Origin: Octopus bimaculoides
Taxonomy: Eukaryota
Direction of reading: 5' to 3'
NCBI RefSeq assembly: GCF_001194135.2
Contig: NC_068988.1
Coordinates: forward strand, 68,169,327 to 68,233,326
DNA: 64,000 bases
Part shown: positions 1 to 11,264 of the stretch, piece after piece
Layout: the number at the start of each line of letters is the position of its first letter
Position numbering within the stretch: the first letter of the stretch is position 1
Made by a program: the position numbers and the translations under genes
Notes under the pieces: model-generated
Database searches by the model: none
What the model saw: the letters and a program-made list of their open reading frames with translations, nothing else
What the model was told of the DNA's origin: nothing

Positions 1-1530
1 TATGTCGTGTTTCTGTTTTTACACTCACCATCCATACAGCTTATTTTGTAGACCACATTTCTGGCTTTGCATTTGGCACCAGGACTATTTTTGTACACAA
101 TGCAACTCTCCTCAACACACCTTGTTCTTCTGAAGGGATATGTTTTACATATTATTGATCTAATGGATCTCCCTGGTTTTTCTATAACATTTATCCTCAA
201 CTTGGTACTTTTGAGGATTTTTCGAAATCTGCGGGCCAGATCTCCGTGTGGCGTGGTGTCCACAATCATTACTCCCTGGAACTTGTCGGTATTGTGCCAC
301 GTGGTCTTTTTGTTTGTTTTGTCACTAATCCCTTGTAATCTATTCCACTGTTTGTTACGGTATCTAGGTTGTGTTCCATTTGTATTTTTGACAACAATCT
401 CCTCAAATTTCTTGTTAGCTCATCTGTATACCCGGATTCTATCTTTCTGGCTGTATCCCGAAAATTGCATGCGATACATGAAGTCTTGAATATGTTTTTG
501 CCCCTCCCATTGACTGCACAGGGTGGATATGTTTTTCATTGTTCTAACTAAATCGGCTATTAATATAGTGATTTTCACACTGTGTGATAGAGCCGAATTC
601 TTATGGATAACATACTTTGAAGATATAGGTTTCATATAATGTGAGTGGAGGATTTGAAATTTGTCATTAATTGTTTCTAGCCAAAGTTCTGTATCAAGTA
701 CTGGGAGTCTCATGTTTAGGTGTCTTGTTGGGTAATCTATTGTTACCTTGATGCCCTGGTGTATTGTATTAGTTATATTCTGGATGTTTTCCATCACGAT
801 CTTCTCGTTTTCTTCAGTCTGAATGTTTGATGGTATTTTGACTACGATGTTAATGTCATCCACATATCTCCCGTATAGTTTGAGTGTTATTGAGTGTTCT
901 TCGAAAGTTGTTTTCAGCGTTTTGTCCCACCAGGTCATGAATAGGCTTGCCACGTATCCGGCCACACTGACACCAATAGCCGCTCCCTGGACCTGCATGT
1001 ATAGTTTTTCATTGAATTTAACTATATGGTTCTGTAGGGTGGTCTTCAGACTTGCACCTACAGCATGTGCAACCATTTTTCGTGTTTGTATATTATCCTC
1101 TGTGTCGTGGGTGGGTGTATTCCATCCCTTCCAACGCCCTGCGGTGGTTTTTCTAGCAGCTGATGTGATCGTAGGTGGTCTACCTCGTCCTGACCTGGTG
1201 GGGCAGAATCTAGCTAGGTCGTGGTGATCTAGGTATTCATTATTATAAACGAGCTTTAGGAGGAGGCCTAGTTCCCTCGTGTTCACTTCACGGAAGGTTA
1301 CTTCACTTTCCGAAATAATTTCAACACATCTCTCTACGGCAAAGTCAATGTCAATGGATGGATAGAGAGATACTACATCCATACTGCCTATAATACAATC
1401 TGTCAGGTCATGGGAGCAGTTACATTCATTGACTCTGCTGAGGAGGTCCTCAGAGCTTTCACAACCATCAGGAGACATCTCGATGTGTGGTCTTAATATC
1501 TGTGAGAGGAAGAATGACAGCCTATAATGA
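1..1530 (-). pseudogene. Penelope-like element ORF (5'-truncated): RT core, thumb, Cys-rich linker and start of GIY-YIG endonuclease; runs off the window's left edge
   Basis: ORF 420..1796(-) contains DVVSLYPSI (motif A), QGAAIG (B'), RYVDD (C), LPVLDTELW and HYMKPISSKYVIHKNSAL. After one TGA at 420-422 the same frame stays open to position 1 (manual translation): ANKKFEE...TYPFRRTRCVEESCIVYKNSPGAKCKARNVVYKISCMDGECKNRNTT. Confidence 0.9.
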
Positions 1531-1532
1531 CA

Positions 1533-1823
1533 GTCTACAAAATAAGTTGTATGGGTGGTGAGTGTAAAAACAGAAACACGACATACATAGGTGAAACGGC
1601 AAGAAGTTTGGCTGAGCGTATAAACGGACATTGGAGGGACTATAATAATCAAAAAGAAACCTCCGTGCTCTACTAGCATGCCAAAGAACAACATGGCGGT
1701 GTACTGGATAGAATTAGCATAGAAATCCTGTCTAGACACCCCGGTGACGCATCGTTGCGACAAATACAGGAGTCGGTCCTCATAACTGAAACGCAACCAA
1801 TTTTAAACACCAAATACACGTAG
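1533..1823 (+). mobile_element. Inverted copy of the same PLE's GIY-YIG endonuclease 3' end
   Basis: Translates VYKISCMGGECKNRNTTYIGETARSLAERINGHWRDY...SVLY*HAKEQHG...LRQIQESVLITETQPILNTKYT*. Bases 1533-1585 are the reverse complement of 1-53 with 2 mismatches. Confidence 0.9.
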
Positions 1824-2108
1824 ATGAGGGCCTTACAATTGCCCATGGTTGCATGTGTTGTTCACACATATGATGCGGAATATGAACGTAAATAGTCTCT
1901 ATCTGATCTGATATAAACGAAATTGTTACAAACACACATATGGACGCACATACTTACATATAAGCACGAACACATAAGTGCGTGCACACATATGAGCGTG
2001 CACACATACGAACTTGCACACACTCACATGCTCATACCAAACAGTTTCGAAACAACGCTAAAACAACGCCAGATCATACATTCAAAATAAATGGAAGTGG
2101 AGAGACAA

Positions 2109-2149
2109 GTTACTGAAGAGATTGCAAGAGTGCAATGAAATAATTTAAC
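2109..2149 (+). ncRNA. Hammerhead ribozyme-like motif (minimal type I, variant) in the probable PLE pseudo-LTR
   Basis: GTTA-CTGAAGA-G-ATTGCA-agag-TGCAAT-GAAA-TAAT-T-TAAC. Both core boxes, a 6-bp stem II and a 4-bp stem I are present; stem II closure and stem III are imperfect. Confidence 0.55.
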
Positions 2150-3299
2150 AAAAAACTATATAAATTAATAAAGGACTGTACCAGTGCGTGTGTTTATTAC
2201 CGGCATAATGCCTCTCCCAAGGTTTAATTGTATAAATATATATATAATAAACACCTCCATTTGGTTAACTAAAATGGGGATAATTGCATTTAAAGAAATA
2301 ATTATATGTTATATTTAAATTATCCATTACCGAAACATTAAGTGGCCCTTTAAAATTCTCATATCAACGGAAATTAATCATAATTTCTCGTGCCCAGTTT
2401 TCCCTCTTTCACACACAAACCTGTTTCATCTTCCTGTTTTATATCCTCCTTCTCTATTTTCCTTTGTCTTTATTTAACCTCTTACCTCCTTCCATCATTT
2501 CTTTCTGACACACAGTGTCTTTCTCTTTGTCTGCTACTATTTCAACTTACCCCATCTCTTTCTGTCTCCTTTCTTTCGTCTTTTCTCCCTCTTTGCTGTT
2601 ATGATTAATCGAACGAAGTTTATATATAAAATTAAACGATAAATTATGTTTCAAAAATTATGTTTTTCAGAAATTAAAGAATAATCCAGTATGTTTTCTC
2701 TACGGTTCTTTGTAGAATGGATGTGAGATATCCCGCAGCTGGTTTGACATTTACATAAATACATTAGCATTAAGAGCTCATAATACTAGTGTATCAAGGA
2801 CATCAATGGACATCAAATATGTGTGTGTGTGTGTGTTTGTGTCTATAAAATAATGTATGTAAACTATTTATGGAAGAACATATATATTTTTCCAATAATT
2901 AAGCATTAGGCGAAACAGCGATGAGAAATAAACGAACTTTATGTTAGTTCAAAGATGTTTGCGATACATTTAAAATTTTGCAGGCACTTTCACTGCAGGT
3001 TACAGCGGAAAAACTTTTTCCTTGTTGGAAAGATGTAAATACACCATTGTCATTTCAGTGGTGTTTCTTGTAAGTTCCGTTGATGTATTTCTGACTCATT
3101 AAGCCTTCTTACTAGAGTGATAACACTGAGCTGATTACAAAGCAGTAGCTTTATAATACATCTGTCAATGCCAATGATTGATTGGCGCTTGCACAAGTAG
3201 TAGCGCGAGGTTGTTATAGGAAATAAACAAACTCAGATTAGTTCAAATATATTTGTTACATTGTCTCTATTAAAATATTTTGAATGTTTCCTCAGTTTA

Positions 3300-4850
3300 A
3301 ATTACATCTGCAATTCGTGCAGTATCTAATTTGCAAAGTCTCTTCTTTATTCAAACGACGTATTTTGAAGGTAGGAATAAGCTCTGGTGAATCGTTTAAA
3401 ATTAGTTCAAAATAAAATGTATCACAGGAATTACATCTCTGGAGACAACAGATATTGGTGAAGAAAGTAATCACTAATTTCAGTGTATGTCTGGTATCAT
3501 TCCACATGATATTCTAATATAACGGAAATGACTGAAATTTTGCTGAGTGAGAAGTTTTTAAATACAATAGGAAACAGTGCCAAACATATTTTACAACCTA
3601 ATTTTATCTTTCTATCTACGAAATCTGTGAACCTTAATATTGTGTCCAGTGCAAAATATGGAATGCAAACTATACGAACATTGATCTGCAACAAATTTAC
3701 TGATGCTGGAAATGTTGATATATGTATTACAATGAATGACGAAATTAGATTTTACATTCCGGACAGGCCAGAAAAATATTGCCCAAATTAAAGCAAATAT
3801 TTGTAGTATTTACTCTGTTAAAATACAGTGCATTTTATATCAAGAATCAAGTAAATCTTAATTGATTTCATCTTTCTTTTTATTTCTTAGTTGAAAGCTT
3901 TACACTTCAATTTTAATGGTTTAATAATCTCTAACTGCGTTTCGTATTAATTGAAAGGTCATTAAAAACTTTGAAGTACTTTGATAATAGTCTTTTTTAT
4001 ATCCTGTATTTCAGATCCATACAATATTTTAAAACTTAATATCTATAAATCAGAGTGGCACCAACACACTTACAACGTTTGTAAGACCTATCATATTAAT
4101 AAGACCGATGTAACCGATGCTCTGTTTGAACTACTGTAGGTCTGCACCAGCAGGAAAAACGCGGATAAGGAAGTATTCTGCTGAATTATAGTTCTGTAAT
4201 TAAGTTTGATTTGAAGGTACTTACAACGATGTTTTCAACACGACAGAACTGGTACTACGAGGTTTCAAAGAGTGGTAATGTGTAAAGCGAATGGTTAAAG
4301 GGTCAGGGTCGTTGTGATACTAGCAGAAGTAAAAAAAATACGAAAATGCACATCTCTGAACAAATGACTATTGTTGTGTTGTTTTTAAACCACTTTGGAG
4401 ATGTAGTATAGACTGCTCAGAATTGTAACAACAGTTTAGTCATGGAGGCATACTATCTCTTCAGTATGAGACATACTTGGATTTTTCAGAGTTATTAACT
4501 GGCTACTGCTGATGTCTACTCAAAATAATTAAAGCCTAGTTGTTGGGGAATAATTTTTGGCACAACCATATATGCTGTGATGTCATCATAAACTTTGCCA
4601 GAGATGTGTCGAATATGATTTATGATGACTTTGGAGATATATTTATTACATGGAAAAATGCGAGCATGTAAAGTAATTTTCTTAAGATTATAAATTTTAA
4701 GCAAAATGTTCTTATTCTTTACTTTACTTGTAGCTTGTCCTATACTTTTACTGGTGTAATAACTTGTCTGTACTTTTCCAGGATTATAATCTAGAGCACA
4801 TTACTTTTCATGCTAACATTTTGCCATGTAATTCATGATTTTTCCAGGCA
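3300..4850 (+). pseudogene. Probable decayed leucine-rich-repeat (TLR-ectodomain-like) pseudogene
   Basis: Manual translation across stops and frameshifts gives LRR-like strings: AVSNLQSLFF, MTEILLSEKFL, NQVNLN*FHLSFYFL, WFNNL*LRFVLIERSLKTL, LKIIKA*LLGNNF. It ends with an LRR-CT-like WCNNLSVLFQDYNLEHITFHANILPCNS*FF. No TIR domain was seen. Confidence 0.4.
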
Positions 4851-4879
4851 TTGCTATTATAAGATAAATAATGTGTCAA

Positions 4880-4960
4880 TTAATAATTTAGGATTTTATC
4901 TTATAAAATACTGGGTAGGGTGATACATTGGCTGCTATTTTTAGCGTGTCGAGCAACCAG
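4880..4960 (-). mobile_element. Short interspersed repeat fragment (GCTAGAAATAGCAGC family); related copy at about 7825-7920(+)
   Basis: ttggctgctatttttagc here versus gctagaaatagcagc at about 7826. Confidence 0.4.
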
Positions 4961-5261
4961 GTAGAGGCTCTTCCATTGGTTCGATTGCGTGACAATATTT
5001 TTTTACACATATATGTAATTTGTATATATATAAGCGGTAGTAGTTAGAGAGTAAGTCAAAAGCTGAGATTTCCGTGTATTAGCATTTATCAAACACCAAT
5101 TTCTCCATTGTCACTCTAACGTCTGACGAAATAACTTCTAAAATACAAAATGTTGTCAAAAAAGTTAAGAATAAATCTTGTTCTATGTGACACATTTTAC
5201 CAGTATCGGAAATTTGAAAGTGTTTAGTTAAAAAGAAATTCATTAAATAATCTGTACGTCA

Positions 5262-5356
5262 AATTGAATAGATCCGAAATGCATAAAAAGCAAAGTCGAC
5301 CTAGGCGGAATTTGAACTCAAAATGTAAACGCAGGAGAAATGCCGATAAGCATTCG
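5262..5356 (-). mobile_element. SINE family 1 fragment
   Basis: aaagcaaagtcgacctaggcggaatttgaactca is the reverse complement of the B-box and central block of the copy at 13372. Confidence 0.75.
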
Positions 5357-5635
5357 TATAGCTGAAGCGTTACTCCCTTACTCTCTTACTTACTGGCACG
5401 AAATAGAGGTAAAAGTATTGGCATCGTAAATGAATGTTAGAATAAAAAATAATTTACAGTGGTCTCGCCATTCATACTGGAATGATAATCACACTTGAAT
5501 AACTGAATAATTGCATATCATAATGTAATATTTATTTCTAGCTATAATAATATGAGACACTCGAATAACTCTGAATAGATGTATATGTGTACAGGTTTGA
5601 ATCACATCTGGGTGTAGACATTTAAGAGTTAGATA

Positions 5636-5842
5636 TCTTTTTTTTGTTTTTGCTTGTTACAATCATTAGACTGAAGCCATAATGGAGTACGACCTTGAAG
5701 AATTGTAGCCGACCGAACCGACACCACACATATATGTACACGATAGCAGAAGACAGTTGATTAAATCGCCACGCAGTGGGAATTAAATTTGAACCATTTG
5801 GTTCAGAAGTAAACTACTTACCACACAGCTCCGTCTTCGCCT
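5636..5842 (-). mobile_element. SINE family 2 degenerate copy (tail and tRNA-like head)
   Basis: tcattagactgaagccataatggagtac (tail) and cacgcagtgggaattaaatttgaaccatttggttcagaagtaaactacttaccacacagc (head) match the reverse complement of the 42575 copy. Confidence 0.65.
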
Positions 5843-6592
5843 ATATTTCCGAATTCATAACAGAAATCTCCGTCATTCTATTTTGATGTGGACTGTAGAT
5901 TCATAATTAGTTTGCCATCATTTCTTGCCAAGGTAAAGATAATGACATAACTCAAAAATAATGCAACACTCGTAGAATTAGATTTACGAAATGCGATAGA
6001 GCATATGGTTTCGTCAGATATCTACGTAATTTTCCCTCCTTTTTATTTCATCTCTAGAATTTTAATCAGACTAAGCGCTGCAATATGTAAGAGGTTAATA
6101 TATTTATGATATACTAATTATGTGTTCGGAATGCAATGTGCTTTCTACTATATTTATAATTTTGTATTAGTACTATAAAAAGTAGATATATTAAATATAA
6201 AACAAAAATTGCAAATATAAATGTAGTACATACACAAAGATAGATTCTGTTATATCTTGCTGTGCTAGAATGCATATATGCAATTACAGCATGATTATTT
6301 TACGAAATAGTTAATTACTGGGAATAAAGAGCCTTGGAGTCAACTAGCCCTCCGGGATCCTGATAATGGATGCACTTTCAAAGTACTAAATTTCTTTTAC
6401 TGAACATGGAAATAGAATAAATATATATATATATANNNNNNNNNNNNNNNNNNNNNNNNNNNNNNNNNNNNNNNNNNNNNNNNNNNNNNNNNNNNNNNNN
6501 NNNNNNNNNNNNNNNNNNNNNNNNNNNNNNNNNNNNNNNNNNNNNNNNNNNNNNNNNNNNNNNNNNNNNNNNNNNNNNNNNNNNNNNNNNNN

Positions 6593-6649
<57 letters not shown>

Positions 6650-7449
6650 GATATACATGCATATATATATATATATACATATGCATACATATACGTACAG
6701 TACACACCTGCACATGCACACACACATAAATTCACATAGAAAAGCATACGTACAGAATAAATACCCCTATTTTAATCAAATTGTTCACTTATTCTGATAT
6801 ATATTATTTAGATAACATATCATTTCCGCATAATTTGTGGCTTCTACAGTGAAATGCTTTTACATCGATTACAGTCAGTTATCACGAAATTGCACGGCAG
6901 CTTCATTCACTGAAATTGTTCGCAGGTTTTCTACACAGCTGCGATACTTGCTTAACATCTTACATGATGAATGAACATTTAATTCAATTTAATAAGAGTA
7001 TTTCATTGCTCACATCTTCATCTGTTCATATTGCAAGAAATGTCTGAACCTGAAGAGTGTCCAGTGGGAAATGTTATAAAGTTTTATGATAGCCTTATAA
7101 TTTTTAATTTTTATTTCTTTGGCGTACAACACACTACAGATTTATAGGAAGATAATGGAATTTGTATTCCAATAATGTTTCGGAGAAGACATTTGAAATG
7201 CTAGTATCAAATCTACTTTAATCCGTTTCTATAAAATCATATATACAGAATCCATACATACAGACATATATACATAATACATACATACAAACATATATAC
7301 ATAATACATACATACAAATAACTATACATAATACATACAAACATATATATATAATACATATATACATACGAATATATATGCATACATACATACATACATA
7401 CATAATAAGTGCATACATATATATATAACTTCGGCAATGTAACCACGCG

Positions 7450-7636
7450 TGAGCTGTTCGTGATTTCTTCTTCCCATTCTTTGGACATTTCCGGTTTTCC
7501 TTTCTGACGAAGAGCTACGCTCGAAACGTTAAACTCTCTCCTTTCACCGAACGTCTAGCTAATACACTCCTTGTGCATGTCCTCGCGTTCGTTGTTTTTC
7601 TTTTTTTTCGCTTCTTATTTGTTTATCAGAATTGAC

Positions 7637-7640
<4 letters not shown>
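7450..7640 (+). mobile_element. Short hammerhead-bearing repeat (solo PLE pseudo-LTR-like), copy 1
   Basis: 7501-7533 tttCTGACGA-AGAGC-tac-GCTC-GAAA-CGT-T-AAA. The element ends ...GACTA directly before a (TA)(TG)n microsatellite. Confidence 0.7.
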
Positions 7641-7680
<40 letters not shown>

Positions 7681-8999
7681 TGTGTGTGTGCGTGTGTGTG
7701 TGTACATACATTCTTACACACATACGTACAAGCACAGATATATATGTATATTCTGGTTTATCGTTTGTTCAACGTTATTAGAAATATGTACAAAACCAAC
7801 GAGTTCTGTATATTGATGTCATCCCTGCTAGAAATAGCAGCAAAAGAACCCTGAAACCATTTCCCGCAAATCAGGATCGAAAGGGGACACATTGTAAGAT
7901 ACAGTCCTGGAAACGAAAACCAGGGTACAGGGAGAATTTTATGAACAGTAGATCATTTAGACAGCAAAATATCAATTAATTACTTTAGGTCTAAAAGTTT
8001 TACAAAATTTATCAATAGTGTTATTCATTTTGAAACTTATAAAAGATATAACGCAGAAAATCAATTGATTGCGCGATACATCAATTACAGTAATCACAAG
8101 ATAGTAATCTATACTTTAATTAGTTGTAAATAGGGAATAATCTTTTAATTAAGTTTTCATGGATTATAATAGACTTGAATATAGCCTAATGCTGCTCAAA
8201 ACAGGCATATTAGTCATTTGTAGATAACACATAAAATTAAATCAATCTCTCCACGCGCAACCACACACATACAAACACAATAATATTGTATTCGGATATT
8301 GTTTCAAATAAATAATCATCTGTACCTATGCATTGTGCTATTTACAAAGTATTCTTTTAAAAATATATACATGTATTTGACTATTATCATATAAAAGCAT
8401 TTCAGCTCCTATATAATAAGATACGATCTCTCAGACAGAGATAATGCACCAACGCTAATGTTTAGATTACAACAATGTGAAAAGTTTAATGTTTAACTTT
8501 CTGAACAGTCTTTCATATCTTTTCAGTTCTATTTAAATAGTGTCTTCGCAAAACTGTTTTAGCATACATTTCGAGACCATTGACATTTTCAGTTAGATAT
8601 TAGTTGACATAATGACGAGAAGAAATAATTATAAGTATCAGTGGAGAATTTATAATTTGAATAGATATTCTGAATCTGCTTTCTATAAATATACCCTTTG
8701 TCACTAAATTTGTTTAAAAAGATTGTTCGACTTTTCAGGGTAGCTGATATCTGTTACGTCCATGGTTTCTTTTATTTCACAGAACTATATCATACCTGAG
8801 AATTTATGTTTCTATATGTCTGCATCTATGTATGTTTGTATTTATGCATGTGTATGTGTGTATATATTTGTACATATGTGTACGTATGCATTTCGTGCGT
8901 ACGTATGCATGGCTACCCGTATATATGTGAAGAAAGGTAGAGCGCCATAGAAAACCCACTCTGTAATCAATGTAAGTATTTGCCGACAAAGTATAACCA

Positions 9000-9700
9000 G
9001 ACTACATATTTCGATACAAACGAAATCATAAGTGTTACAACAGCGCTTAATTTCTAGAGCGATGTCTACGCATAGACTAGAAGAAGTCTCTCATACCAAA
9101 CAATTGGATGGACATTGCCTGCACTGAATTTATTCATCCTTTGATAGTTTTGATTACCGTCCTGAAGATGCATAACAAAAGTTAACCTCCTTACTAATAG
9201 TATATGCTTGCACATAAAGTCCTCCAACGCAATGCTACAGCAATGATTTCGATGGAGTTTTCATATTGTTACGACGATGGTAGGAACCCTAAGAAACTCC
9301 TGATCGACAAGCTAACCTACGGTAAAAGAGCAACTCTCAAACAGAAAACAAGTTATGAGAACTGCATCAAGAGTACAGTAAAGTAGGTAAACATCTTAGA
9401 AAATACTCCCAGTTAGTTGTTCATTGTGGACAAAAGCAGTGCATAATGGGTAGAGATAATTCGAACTAAATCGCATCAAGCATGAATAGCTCAAGATAGA
9501 TGTTCCTAAGGATGTTGATATGAATTTTTGCCTGAGTATGATGACGCAAAGCTCTGTTTAGAATATAACGAGTGTAAGTATGTGTCGACAGAAAGCAGGT
9601 TTCGAAGTTATTAGAGAAGCCAAACACATACCCACACAAATACGGGAAAATTATTAATTATGCATTATAAGATATTTCTATTTTCAAGAATTCGGAAAAG
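9000..9700 (+). mobile_element. RTE-clade non-LTR retrotransposon 3' remnant
   Basis: Decayed KQLDGHCL, IKSSNAMLQQ*FRW and DDGRNPKKLLIDKLTYGKRATLKQKTSYENCIK resemble the RTE C-terminal consensus (SIEAML...QLRW...D.R.PK.LL..EL..GKR). Confidence 0.65.
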
Positions 9701-9881
9701 GAACACCCTACAGGAGACAGATTGAAAAATCATACGGGGTTCATCAAAACAATATTGTCACATCTGCGACTAGAAGTGCTCATCGAAAAACCACCTTCAT
9801 GCCTTCGTATTAAAGAGAAAAATAAAGCAATTTTAGAAATATTACATTTCTAAATCTCCCAGACAGATCTATACAGTAGCA

Positions 9882-10211
9882 GTGATGGTTTGTTGCCAAC
9901 GTAATGTGGCAGTTCCAGTAAAAGGAAGGATGTTACTCCTATTTAGCACCAGGAAACACCGTTTCCAGTTGGCTATGTGAATAAGCATCAACAGCTAGCA
10001 AACCAACTTACTCCAGATTGATTAAGAGCAATGACTCTGAAACTAGTCTGTGGATGCTGGCTTTGCTGGGTAGAGGTGCCTATCTCCCCTGTTTGAAAAC
10101 ATAAGGACACAGTACGCTTGTGTCACATTGGCAACTGGAAACGGTGTGTCCTGGGGCTAAATAGCAGTAGCTTTACTAGGACAACCACATTAAGTTGGCA
10201 GCAGACGTCAC
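9882..10211. mobile_element. Fold-back / MITE-like element with long imperfect terminal inverted repeats
   Basis: atttagcaccaggaaacaccgtttccagttggctatgtg (about 9941) pairs with cacattggcaactggaaacggtgtgtcctggggctaaat (ending about 10162). Outer arms gttgccaacgtaatgtgg and ccacattaagttggcagc also pair. Confidence 0.75.
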
Positions 10212-11070
10212 AATAAAGCAATGCCATTACTAGAAACAGAGTTGCAACCATCATGTAAGTACGTATGCACGCATGTGATTATGATTTTCTGATGTTTAGA
10301 TGTTTTTTACTGCTTTAATTGTCTCAGTTCTTCCTTCAAGCATGGAAGAGGCATCTTACAAATTTCTATTCTTGAATTTGGATGACGACAACTATAAGAA
10401 TTACATGTTTGATATTAGATCTATATATTTTCATGTATGTATAGTCGTTCTGGATTTATTTCCAGAAATTTTCAGCAATAGTGTAAGAGACACAACAAAA
10501 CTTTGAAAACACCGTTGTGCATAGATGAAATTATATATACGTACATACACACACACGCGCAAGCGTACACTGAAACATGCATAAACACACTAATATATAT
10601 ACATATATANNNNNNNNNNNNNNNNNNNNNNNNNNNNNNNNNNNNNNNNNNNNNNNNNNNNNNNNNNNNNNNATATATATATATTTATGTATATATATAT
10701 ATTTATGTATAAATAGGTGTATACCCTATTTGTAAATGTATGTATGATGTCTGATCTAATTTACTTTTGAATATCTCACCATTAGAGACAGCACCGGTTT
10801 CCGACACAGAAACAAGAGGTTTTCGTTTACACGCGCGCGCGCACAAACACACACACATGCAGACACACACACATGCAGACACACACACACACACATGAAC
10901 TGGGCTGCTGTGCGTGTAAACATGTATTTACCTATGACTATATGTATATTTGCACATGAGTACGTTATTATATATGTATAAGTCTTTATATATTTGTGGC
11001 GAAAAATCAGAATCCTGAAATCATCGAATAGAATGTTTTGCAGTGTTATGTCGGCTGCGAAAGCTTTAAT

Positions 11071-11264
11071 TTGAAATACCGCTTAGGTTTATGTAAAGTT
11101 GTGTTACATAGATTAACTGCGAGGTTACACTTTTCAGACATATACTCAAGGCTGTTTCGATAAAATTGAAATACCGCTTAGGCTTATGTGAATTTGTATT
11201 ACATAAATTTACTGCGAGGTTACACTTTTCAGATAAATACCCAAGGCTGTTTCGATGAAATTGA
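11071..11264. repeat. Tandem duplication, 2 x 95 bp
   Basis: ttgaaataccgcttagg...ctgcgaggttacacttttcaga...aaggctgtttcgat starts at 11071 and again at 11166. Confidence 0.85.

Noticed and set aside
1533-1796. N-terminal 90 aa of the 458-aa ORF as a novel RT-fused domain
   Set aside because: It is the antisense reading of the inverted GIY-YIG copy, joined at the inversion breakpoint.
6378-6747. Long ORFs rich in YI/CV/HT dipeptides or X (also at 13.6-14.6, 19.4-20.3, 31.2-32.1, 35.5, 43.3-44.1, 47.9-49.4 and 57.3 kb)
   Set aside because: They are translations of (TA)n, (TG)n, (CA)n tracts and N gaps, not genes.
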